DNA of 64,000 nt, taken from NCBI RefSeq assembly GCF_009914755.1, contig NC_060925.1; one strand, written 5' to 3'. This DNA is from the human T2T-CHM13v2.0 reference genome, Homo sapiens. Shown here in pieces: positions 15,040 through 26,610 of the stretch (positions are counted from its first letter, which is position 1; the number at the start of each line of letters is the position of its first letter). Below the pieces are notes generated by a model. That model searched no databases and had not been told where the DNA came from. It saw nothing but the letters and a program-made list of their open reading frames with translations. Position numbers and translations under genes: made by a program.

Positions 15040-15270
15040 TAGTGGATTAAAGCCTAAGTTTTGAAGTCAGATGTTTTTGGGTTCCAATACTTACCAACTG
15101 GTTGACCTTGGGTAATTCATCTAATGTTTCTGTAATTCAGTTTCTTTATCCGTAAAGTGTAGATTATACAGTTCAAAGGAGGTATTATAAGGTTAAATGT
15201 GATAATGTGATGATAATGTATATAAAATTAACTAGTACATAGCAAACTCTCAATAAATAATGGTTATTAT
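15040..15270 (+). repeat. MIR
   Basis: 'gaccttgggtaattcatctaatgtttctgtaattcagtttctttatccgtaaagtg' MIR core. Confidence 0.75.
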
Positions 15271-15319
15271 CTCTTAGTTCCCAGTGGTTCTCTCTTTCTC
15301 TTTCTGCCGTCCCCCCAAG

Positions 15320-17285
15320 AAAGGGCTGGAACTGATTCTTTTCTCATAGCCCTTAGAAAGAACTAACTCAGCTGATGCCTTCATTTTTGGACGTCTAGCT
15401 CCCAGAACTGTGAGACAATAAATTTCTGTTGATTAAGCCACCCAGACTGTGGTATTACCAAGAAGTACTAAGGTAGTGCTGTAAAAATACTTTAAAATGT
15501 GGAATTTGGAATTTGGTTGGCAGAGACTGGAAGAGATTTGAAGTGCTTGGTAGGAAAGGTCTAGATTGCCTCCAGGAGACTATTGTTAGACTTATGAATG
15601 TTAAAGATGTTTCTGATGAAGTTTCAGACAGAAATAAGGAACATCTTCTTGGAAACTGGAGGAACGGTGATCCTTATTATAAAATAGAAAAGAACGTGGC
15701 CTACTTGTGTTCTAGTTTCTTTGTGAAAAATAGAACTTATAGGTGATGAACTTGGATATTTAGCTGAGGAGCTTTCTAAGCAAAGGGTCGTAAACACATC
15801 CTGGTTTCTCCTTACTGTTTATAGTAAACTGTGAAGGGACAGACTACATTGAAGAAGGAGTTGTTAAGCAAAACGTAACCAGAGTGTGAAGACTGGAAAA
15901 ATTCTCAGCCTATCTACATTGCAAGAAATGAGAAAACGTGTTCTGGAGAGAGCATCAAAAGTGTGACTGGACAATCATTTGCTACAAAGAGAAGCATGTG
16001 ACTCATTAATCCAATCAACCATCTCAGCAAAAGACAGGAATAGATATGTGATCATCCAGGAAACATCTGTGAAAGACCCTCTTGTCTGGTGGTTTGGAAC
16101 CCTGTGAATTGCACAGGAGGCCAACAAGATTTTTGAGAGTTTTCTATCAGCAGAAACACTACAAACTCTGACTGAAGGTGACAGAACTGGGATGAAGTGA
16201 AGGAAAATGGTCAGACTTCTGGGATTCTACAAGCAGGAAATGGGTTGATTGAACTATCTGGCTGGTTGATAATGCAGATAGTTTTTAAGAAAAGAGAAGA
16301 ATGATCCAGAAGGTAGTTTAGAGGCCAGCAGAGCTGCTTCTGTCATCATTGGTCCAGAGAGCACAAGCCTGGCAACACTGGGGCCATCGCCTCATTGGTT
16401 CCAGAAAAATAGGACCACCTCCTTGGTTTCAGAGGGCAGGTCTGGCCACTAATGCTCAGGTTCTAGAAAACTGGTGCCACTCCATTCATGGGCCCAAAGG
16501 ACAGAACACTGAGCCAAAGAGGATTATTCTCAAGCCTCAACATCTAATGGAATTTTTCGTGCTAGGTTTTGGACTTATGATCTCTTTCTTCCTTTTGGAA
16601 TAGGAATGTTTGTCCTGTGCCTGTCCCACCATTGTATTTTCAAATCAGATAACTCATTGTCTGGATTTATAGGTTTCCAGATGGAGAAGAACTTTGCCGC
16701 AGGATGAATCATACTTCAAGTTTCACCCATAATCGATTTGGATGATTTAAATGAGATTTGAGGCTCAGAGTTGATGCTGGAACAATTAAGACTTTTGGAG
16801 GTGTTGTGATGGGGTGAATGTATTTTGCATATGACAGACAACGACATGAATTTTTGGGGTCAGAGGATGGACGTTTATGGGTTTGTGTCCTCCCCAAATC
16901 ATATGTTGAAATTCTAACCCCCAGTACCTCAGAAAGTGACCTATTTTGGAGAAAAGATCTTTACAGAGATTATAAAGTTAAAATAAGGTCATTAAGGTGG
17001 ATCCTAAGCCAACATGACTGGTATCTTTATTAAAAACGGTAATTGCAACATTGAGACAGCATAAAGGGAAAGCCATGTGAAGAGGCATAGGGAGAAGGCA
17101 GCCATCTATAAGCCACGGAGAAAGGCCTGCAACATATTCTTCCCTCACAACCCTCAGAGGAGCCGATTCTGCTGACACCTTGATTTTGGAAGTCTAGCTT
17201 CCAGAACAGTGAGACAATACATTTCTGTTATTTAAACCACCCACTCATTTGTACTTTGTTATGGAAGCCCTAATAACGTAATATA
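15320..17285 (+). mobile_element. MLT1 (MLT1B-like) MaLR: partial 5' LTR, internal region, 3' LTR ~16871-17285
   Basis: LTR motif 'ccagaactgtgagacaataaatttctgtt..aagccaccca' at ~15400 and ~17200; MaLR-int-like sequence between. Confidence 0.8.
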
Positions 17286-17419
17286 CTATTGTGTATGTCA
17301 GAGGTTCAGACTGTATTATCAAAAAGGATCTAATTTATATTGTATAAGGATAGTTGAACGAGTATAGTTATTTAGGATGGAAGAGAAAAGTATTAAAGAA
17401 AATATCTTTGCAGGGCTAT

Positions 17420-17980
17420 ATATGACCCAGGAATCCTACATTTGGGTATTTTCCATAGAGGAATGACAGCTTATATTCACACAAAAACCTGTACACGGAT
17501 GTTTACAGAAGCTCTATTTATAATTGAGCTCAAAACTAGAAACAGCCCAATTGTCCTTCAGTGGGCAAATAAGTAAACAAACTGGTAGAGACTTACAATG
17601 GAATGCTATTTGGCAATAAAAATTAATGAACTATTAATAAATGTACATCTTAGCTAAACTTCAAGGACATTGTGCTGAATAAAAACTTGATCTTAGCAGT
17701 TTAAACGCTATATGATTCCATTTATATGATATGATTGAAAAGACAAATCAGTGATGGAGAACAGATCACAGATTGCCAGGGATTAGTGGTGGCAGGAAGG
17801 ATGTGACTATAAAGGTGTAGCAGAGAAAGTTTTCTGAGGGTGACACAACTATTCTATATCCTGAACATATTGGTAATTGCAAGAATATCTATGTGTGTCA
17901 ACTTTCATAGAACCCTACACCAAAAAAGGTGAATTTTATTTCGTGATAAATTAAAAAGTAAAACAAAAGAGACAAAAATA
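17420..17980 (+). mobile_element. Old L1M (L1MC/MD/ME-like) 3' fragment
   Basis: 'tatgacccaggaatcctac..cacacaaaaacctgtacacggatgttt..atgattccatttatatg'. Confidence 0.75.
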
Positions 17981-18015
17981 GTAACCAGGGAAGCTTTCAA
18001 AAAATATATGTTCTT

Positions 18016-18244
18016 GTTCAAGACCAGCATGGCCAACATGGCGAAATCCCATCTCTAATAAAAATAGAAAAATTAGCCAGGCGTGGTGGTGGGCGCATGT
18101 AGTCCCAGCTATTCAGACGGCTGAGGCAGGATAATTGCTTAAACCTGAGAGGTGGAGGTTGCAGTGAGCCGAGATGGTGCCACTGCACTTCCAGCCTGGG
18201 TGACAGAGTGAGATTCCATCTCAAAAACAAACAAACAAACAAAA
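18016..18244 (+). mobile_element. 5'-truncated AluS with (CAAA)n tail
   Basis: Starts at 'gttcaagaccagc'; flanked by similar aaaatatatgtt repeats. Confidence 0.9.
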
Positions 18245-20084
18245 TATATATATGTTATCTTTAAAAGTCTTTGCTAAAACTCTCAGCATGCTTACATATC
18301 AAATGTCTCAAGCCTTTGATTTTACATATGTAATATTGCAGTGTTTTGATTATATGAAATATTATATTGAAGTAAATTTGATTAACTCTAAATTTAATTT
18401 TAAATTTAAATTTAAATTCTAGGACTTTATAGCAAGTCTTGACAAATAAAATTCTATTTTCTTCGTTATGAACTAATGAGCCATCATCATTAATGTTACT
18501 GAAATTTTTAAAAATTCTAATATGAACAGATTTAAAATAAACAGACTATGTAGTGAAAAACAAATCTTGAAATTAAGTCAGCTGATCTTGATCTAACCTA
18601 CCATTTTGGAAGAATTTTCTACATTGATATGTATTATGTACCCTTATAAGGCTCATAGTAGTAAAATATTAATTTAGGAAAATATTGTCTCTGTGAAATA
18701 GCTTGTGAATGTCCACTTAAACACATAATGGATCTCTGCATATTGTTCTTTTTTTAAGAGCAGTGGAGTGGATTTGATTTAATATTAATGTGTGCTATAC
18801 TCTATGATCTCTGTAGTATCACAGTTAACTGGACTTATATAGGCAATTATTTACATTTAAAATTTTACAGTGTAGATTAATACTATGTTATTTTTTTCTT
18901 ATCTATTTCAGACAAGACTACTGACAAAGTAGGAAATAATAAAAAGATAAAAGCTTATTTTAGAGAAAGAGGTTTTCCCAAATATAACTTTGTTTCTAAC
19001 AGCTATGTCCCTAATATTTTATTCATTTGAAATCACCCTTATAGACAATTTGCTGACAGGTTAATATTATCTTTGGGAACTGGAGTACCCTCTTTTAGTG
19101 TGGTTTTTACAACATCTACCATGGGAACAGCTTCCCCTTCCATTTAGGTATCTGACTCATCCTTGCTAATATATCTTGATTTAATGATGACCTAGGGAAG
19201 AAAGAGAGGAACTCCCTTAGTATTTTTATTCTATGTAATCTGCCTTCTCAGAATGTGCCTTGTGAAAGAAGCACCTAATTACTCTGCTAAAACCAGAAAG
19301 CACTGTGAGGAGAAAGCCTGGCAAGTTTCTCCTACCAGTCTGCCACCTAATGAATAGAAATTGCAACACACTGGTATTCTGCTTTTGCACTGCGGCAGGA
19401 ATGTGAATAATAATAATTATTATTATTAAAAGAACAAAGAAATGTTAGCTAAAATGGTAAACATAGATAAACTGCTGTGATTTAAGAAGTTTCCATTTGG
19501 AATCCTCTGTAAGCTCAAGTATAAAAAGGATATTGGCTGTAATCACTTTCAAGACAGTAACAAAAATGCAGGGCTAATAGCAGGGCATGATTTGACGTGC
19601 CAAATTTATTTTTCTTTCATATATTTAACTGCTAAATATTAATCAATCAGAATACACAATGTCAGCCTCTGAAGATACAAAGGTGAATACGATAGTTTAT
19701 GTCCTTGGAGAGCTCATAGATTAGGCCAGGAGACAAATGAAAAAAAGTACCATAACATATCACAAAACATTCTGAGGGAGACAGCCAATGCTGGTGGAGT
19801 ACAGATGGATGAAACAGCTGACTCTTCTTATGGAAGTTGAGAAAAAATTTACTGAAGAGTTTTCCTTTGAATTTAGCCTTAATGGATGAGACATGACATG
19901 CTTGACAAAGATGATAGAGAAATAACACTTCAGACAGTGAAAACTGCACAAAATAATAAATATACAACATTTTGAAAATGCTACTGCTTAATGCCAATAT
20001 AGCTCTTACTCTAATTTGAGAGAAATAGCTTATTCCATTTTGTTTGATCCCTCCTCCTTTGTCTTATTCTGCACCAAGGCGATC

Positions 20085-20630
20085 AGTTATTTATTCATTC
20101 AATGAATATTTGTTTAAATACCTACTATGTAGCAAACAGTATTTGGGGAGCTGAGATTACAGGATCGAACAAACAAAGCTCTGTTCCTTATGAAAGTTAA
20201 ATTTCAGGAGGAGTAAACAGATGATAACAAAGTCGTTAAGTAATATCGACTATGATAAACAAGTAATTAATATTATACGCTGACAAGTACTATGGAGAAA
20301 AATGAATCAGAATAGGGGAGGTCGGTAGGTTTAAACAGGGTGATTATGGGGGACTTCATGAAGCAAGCGATATTTGGGCAGATGCTGAAGGAGATGAGGG
20401 AACAAACCATGCAGATATACTGGGAAAAAGGAAACTTGAACAACATTTTCTGTGAACAAAAAGGAGGCCAGTGTGGCTGAAGAAGAACTAGGGGGAGAGT
20501 TGAAGAAGACGAAATAAGAGAAGTACTGCAGTTGGAGATGGGGAAACCTCATGTAGGGACCTCAAGGCCACTGTGTAGACTTTGCTTTTACTCTAGGTGA
20601 TGAGGTGTCATTGGAGGGCTTTGAGTAAGC
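20085..20630 (-). repeat. L2 (L2a-like)
   Basis: 'attcattcaatgaatatttg..cctactatgt', 'ggaggccagtgtggctg', 'cattggagggctttgag'. Confidence 0.75.
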
Positions 20631-20963
20631 AATTCTTTCTTGAATGGGACCATCTCTAAGAAACATGAAACCATGCTCAAGCATCTAGCATACAAGCCTC
20701 CCACCTAGGATTCAGGTGACTCTATCAGGTAGTATGGGCTAAAACTGATCTTTCTGAAGCACCATTTTCCTAAAGATGAGTAATTAAATAGCATCATATG
20801 GATAAAAGTGAGGTATTCACATCATCTTATAAAGATATCATGCTAGATAACTTCAGACTCAAGGATGTTAAGTATATGTGAAGATGAACTTCTAGCAATA
20901 TGACTGGATCACCCTGGGAGCATGAATTCCGTCTTCTGTCCCATAAAGTATCCTCTGTTATAA

Positions 20964-21380
<417 letters not shown>

Positions 21381-22687
21381 TTGCGTCTTGATATTCTTAT
21401 CTGAAAATGGGTATAATAATTTACAAATAATGTACATTTGGTCTACAAATATTTATTGACTGTCTACTCTGTGCCATAGTCTATCCCAAATTCCAGAAAT
21501 ACAGTATTGAACAAGACTCAGCCCAGCCCAAAAGGATTTTATATTTCAAACAGGGAATTTCAACAGTATTTGTCTGATATATTTATGAGGATCAAATAAA
21601 GTAATATATTAGAAATGCTTACTGCCATATATGGCACTCAGTAGGAATGCAAAAAATGTAAGTTACATCTCTATAATTCTTTTAAAGAGTTGCCAGTTAA
21701 TTTTCTAAGAGAGCTAGATAACCATTTTTATTCAGTTGAATATTATCTTCTTTTCAATCATGTTAGAATAATTCTCTAGCTTCGTTTTTTAAAACAAAAT
21801 ATAAAAATTGGGAGAAGTTGCAATTTGGGGGTTGCTGTAGTTATATATAACAGTATATTTACTGTTATATACTGTTGTATAACAGCATACACTGCTGGAA
21901 GAGGTATGTTAGTTCATTGGTGCTCTGTTACCTTGTCTTTGACTGAAGGAAGGGATCTTGTATAGCTTTACTTGAATAGAGTCTAATGGTTGTGTGTTGT
22001 TTTAGAAAAAAGGAACCAGCTAGTGAAATAAATAAAGACATGATCAATAATAATTCAATTTTATTAATATTGATAGTCTTAAATCTGTTCCTCTTTTAAA
22101 GATTTTTTTTTTTAAAGCTTCTGGATTGTCTTTTTAAAAAAAGCTTCTTAATTCATTGTCTTCTCAAATATCCAGCTTTGTATTTACAATAAGTGGGAAC
22201 CATGTTATTTTGAGTGCCATGTTGTGCTAGGTATAATATTATTGTATACAAACTGCAGTTTTGTCCATTTAAAATACTTTTGTTTTATAATAGTTGAAAA
22301 GTAGTTACTCGTAGAAAATTTATTCCAGGTCAACTTTTAAAGTTTGAAGGATATTGAATATAAAAAGTATGTAATTATTTTCATCCAAAATAATTGTATT
22401 ACAAAGATGTTGAATTTTAAAAACATTTTAAACCAAAGTTATCATAGTGTCACTATAAATTTATAATATTTTTGGCTGTAATTAATTGACCTTTCTTTTC
22501 AATTCAATGAAAATCAAAATGTTTCCATTTTTCCACAATATTTATAATAAGTAATGCATTATTTAATTGTTATTGACTATATAACTATTCAAATCCTTTA
22601 ATGATATTTTATTATGATAAATTATTGATTCTTATTGCTTTGACAGGATGTGAATATCAGAAATTTCATTATTTAAAACTGAGACAG

Positions 22688-22990
22688 GCTGGGCACGGTG
22701 GCTTGCACCTGTAATCTCAGTACTTTGGGAGGCTGAGGCAGGCAGATTACATGAGGCCAGGAGTTTGAGACCAGCCTGGCCAACATCGTGAAACCTGTCT
22801 CTACTAAGAATACAAAAAATTAGCCAGGCATGGTGGTGGGCGCCTGTAATCTCAGCTACTCAGGAGGTAGGATCGCTTGAACCCGGAGGCAGAGGTTGCA
22901 GTGAGCCTAGACAGAGCCACTGCACTCCAGCCTGGGTGACACAGCGAGACACTGTCTAAAAAATAAAATAAAATAAAATGTAATTGAGTT
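22688..22990 (+). mobile_element. AluS
   Basis: Full-length Alu; flanking aaa(c)ctgagaca repeats. Confidence 0.95.
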
Positions 22991-24169
22991 ATAAAAAATA
23001 AATAAACCTGAGACATACCTTTAATTGGATTTCTCAAATAATTCTCAAGTATCTGTACATTGATAAATTAATTGGGAATTACTCATTTCTCCTTCTGAGG
23101 TGCCAAGGGCTAAGGGTTATACATGAACCGGAAGGTTTTCATTTTATTCATTAGTTCCTTCCTAGGCACCTGACAGGGCAAATAGATTCTATTTGCCTTT
23201 TCTCCTGTTCTCCTGGCTGTCTCTCTCAAATAGTATACTTTGCTGAAATATAGCATAGGATTTATTTTTACTGTGCTTATGTTTACTTTTTCTTAGATAG
23301 CATTGGCTATTTCCTATCTTGTAGGCTCATCTTTGATTTCAATATTTGGCAAAGTGTCTCATTTTTTTTTTTTTTTGGCAGTTTGGCTCTAAAAACAAAC
23401 TTTCCTCCTCTTGCCTTAAACATTTTTTTTTTCAGAAATAAGTAATTCAGACTTTCAAAGAGTCCGATTATCTTTTAAATTTTATATTTCAATTGGCTGT
23501 CTTTGGTATTCCTATCTTTTTTCTAGAGTAGGTAGAATTAACAGACTTTACATATTTTTGTGAACATCACATCTTAGAATGATTCTCAAAATTTCTTTAC
23601 TTGGGAACTTGGCTGTCATAGTAGGGAAAGTGAAAAAAGTAATGTGGAATCCCACGTGATGGCACATAATTTGGCAATAATAATTGGAAAGTAATTATAA
23701 TTGCACTATTGTACTGCTTTAGGTAAGTTTATGTCAACATTTCTTTATCTAAACTCCAGTTCACATATAGCTATATCTGGGTTGTGAAATTTGCTGTAAT
23801 ATTTTTAGAAAGAAATTCCTAAAATGCTTACTATATTTTGGCAGTTTTGAAAAGTAAATATGAGAAGTATCTTTTGTAACTTCAAATTGCTGGGGTTTTT
23901 TTTGCCAATACATCACTATGAATAATGGCAAAATCACATATTTTCATGTCCCAGTTTTAAATCATATTATTGCTGGAGGAAAGTCCCAGCTTTGTTTTCA
24001 TAATTCAGCAAATAATAGGTAGCTTATAGCCATATTTTCTCCTGTGACATTACTAATAGTTTGTCTTCTCAAATAGGGCAGTTAAAATATCTTTAGATAT
24101 TAAAACATGCATTAGAGCCTACTTGAACAAAATTACAATTTTGTAATTGAATTAAAGATCATTCCATTG

Positions 24170-24330
24170 GGAATCAAAAAACCTGGGTTTTAGTTTTAGC
24201 TCTAACATCAGCAGCTAATATGATTTTAGGTAAGTTGCTTAAATTCTCTAGCTCTGTTACCTTGTCTTTGGAATGAGAAGCTGAACAAGGTGATTACTAG
24301 GATTCAGTGCAAATCTAAAATTCTATAACT
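24170..24330 (+). repeat. MIR
   Basis: 'gaatcaaaaaacctgggttttagttttagctct..tgattttaggtaagttgcttaa'. Confidence 0.65.
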
Positions 24331-24552
24331 GTGCTTTTGTTCATAATATATTTTAGTTAATTATTGAAATGTTCTGCTTTCCAGAGTAGTACCGTAAACC
24401 AGTAATTTAAACCCTTCCTACTATGTTTCAACCACTTTCCCAAGGGCTGGTATGGGTCTTACTTGCTCCTACATGTAGGAGTTAGTCTGCTCTTATTTAG
24501 TCCTTTAGATATTTAGCACATTTTAGCCTGAATATCTGACACAGATGAATGA

Positions 24553-24852
<300 letters not shown>

Positions 24853-25559
24853 TGATTTTATAAGCGTAGAAGACATCTCTCACATCTTAGTGGGAGAATT
24901 AAATGTCTCCCTTTTTCACTGAAGTCTTACCGAGAATCATTTCTTTTCTGTCACTCTTGCTGATCTTGCTGATGAGCCCTAGTTCTGCTTTGTCAAACTT
25001 ATTTGAGATCAGGCTGGCCCTTGTGACAGTCATTGCCGGTATAGACTTTTCATAACATCCAGAAACTTCAAGCACCACTATATTGTTTCTACTTCCTCAT
25101 ATGCCTTTTAAAGTATAGAAGCTGTATTCCAATATATATCTACATGTTAGGTTACAGTGATCTGCTTTTGGACTTGAGGCATTTTTTGGACTCGCCTGTC
25201 CGTAAGTCTCACTTGCATTCTTTGTGAACAAAGAATACACCCACTCTCAAATGTATATGCCCACACACAAGCATACAGTATCTTGTACACCTATCTGCAC
25301 ACACACAAACACATGCATAGTGCTTGACTTTGGACTCTGTGCTTTAACTGAGAGTATTCATTTTTCCTGGTTGTTACCTTCATTCCAGTTTTGTGAGCTT
25401 TGCTGTCAAAGTGGCTGTGCATCTAGCATAGAGTGGCTGCTGTTGGCAACCCATGAACAATGAGCTTAAACAGAAGAATGAGGGTAATGTTTATTGTAAT
25501 AAAGATTGGGCATTAAATTCCTTGGGGGAATGAACCAAATCCAATGTTTTCCTGTTCGC

Positions 25560-26374
25560 TGACATTTTTTATATTGATGCTGTTTTGGATCTTCTGGAGA
25601 AGGGAGGAAAAAAAAACTTCAGCAAATCAGCTCTTTCATTCAAAAATGGAATTCAGAAGGCTATTTTAGCTAGCTTTTTTTGACAATCCTGGATTTAATC
25701 AGTTTTTACTGTGATGAAGACAGTTAGCCTCACAAATTTTGTGGAAATCTAAAGCGATGAAGGGTGTTGTTAAGGGGGAAACAGAGTGCAATTGTTTAAA
25801 TAATCCTGGGCCAATAGCATTTGGTAGGTGGAGTTACTGTTGTGTGCATTACAGAGCAAGATAATTCTGAATGAAGACTTTAAACATTACACATGCTGGA
25901 CGGATTCTGGGTCTGCTCTTTGTGCAAACAAAACAAGTGACTAGGTTTTGCTTACTATCCATTAGTGAATGCAGCTTGTTTAATAAGATTTTTTTTAAAA
26001 AAATGCATGTAAAGGATTTATCAAAAGCCTTTATGAATATTTCATGAGTTGATATATTCAGCTGAATGAATTCAGTGAGTGTCAGTGTGTAGCTTGCAGA
26101 CAAACCTCATCCACAAGGAGGCTACTGACATTGGAAGCACTTTGGCGCATTTTCAGAGGCAAAGCCAGCCTGATAAAGCTCCTTGTGACAGCCTGACTTG
26201 CTATTCTTCGAGTATGCTGCTCTTGCTCTAAGACGCTCATACATTGGAGTCACAGCTTCGTAAATTAAACTGGAAATAGTTTGCAGACTTATCAGTCTTC
26301 TGACCTGCAGCAGTGTCTCTGCTATGTTTGAGATTTTTGTTTTGGATGGTGAAAGCTAGCACTCCTTACAAGAC
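25560..26374 (+). promoter_or_regulatory. PDE4B: Putative CpG-poor alternative promoter and 5' UTR of PDE4B3
   Basis: Repeat-free unique block directly upstream of an isoform-specific first exon. CCAAT at 25811, TGATAA at 26171, no clear TATA. The TSS cannot be determined from sequence alone. Confidence 0.6.
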
Positions 26375-26610
26375 ATGACAGCAAAAGATTCTTCAAAGGA
26401 ACTTACTGCTTCTGAACCTGAGGTTTGCATAAAGACTTTCAAGGAGCAAATGCATTTAGAACTTGAGCTTCCGAGATTACCAGGAAACAGACCTACATCT
26501 CCTAAAATTTCTCCACGCAGTTCACCAAGGAACTCACCATGCTTTTTCAGAAAGTTGCTGGTGAATAAAAGCATTCGGCAGCGTCGTCGCTTCACTGTGG
26601 CTCATACATG
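26375..26610 (+). CDS. PDE4B: First coding exon of cAMP-specific phosphodiesterase 4B long isoform PDE4B3 (78 codons + TG, phase-2 donor)
   Basis: Translation MTAKDSSKELTASEPEVCIKTFKEQMHLELELPRLPGNRPTSPKISPRSSPRNSPCFFRKLLVNKSIRQRRRFTVAHT matches the recalled PDE4B3 unique N-terminus, which continues CFDVENG in the next exon. Start context gacATGa. Donor ATG|GTAAGA at 26610/26611, with TG as the first two bases of the Cys codon. The SPRNSP..RRFTVAHT motif is shared with PDE4D5. Confidence 0.96.

Noticed and set aside
25659-25670. MEF2-like GGCTATTTTAGC in the promoter region
   Set aside because: One base short of the YTAWWWWTAR consensus.
26356-26595. 79-aa antisense ORF overlapping the PDE4B exon
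   Set aside because: Non-ATG start and a shadow of the real coding exon; no independent support.
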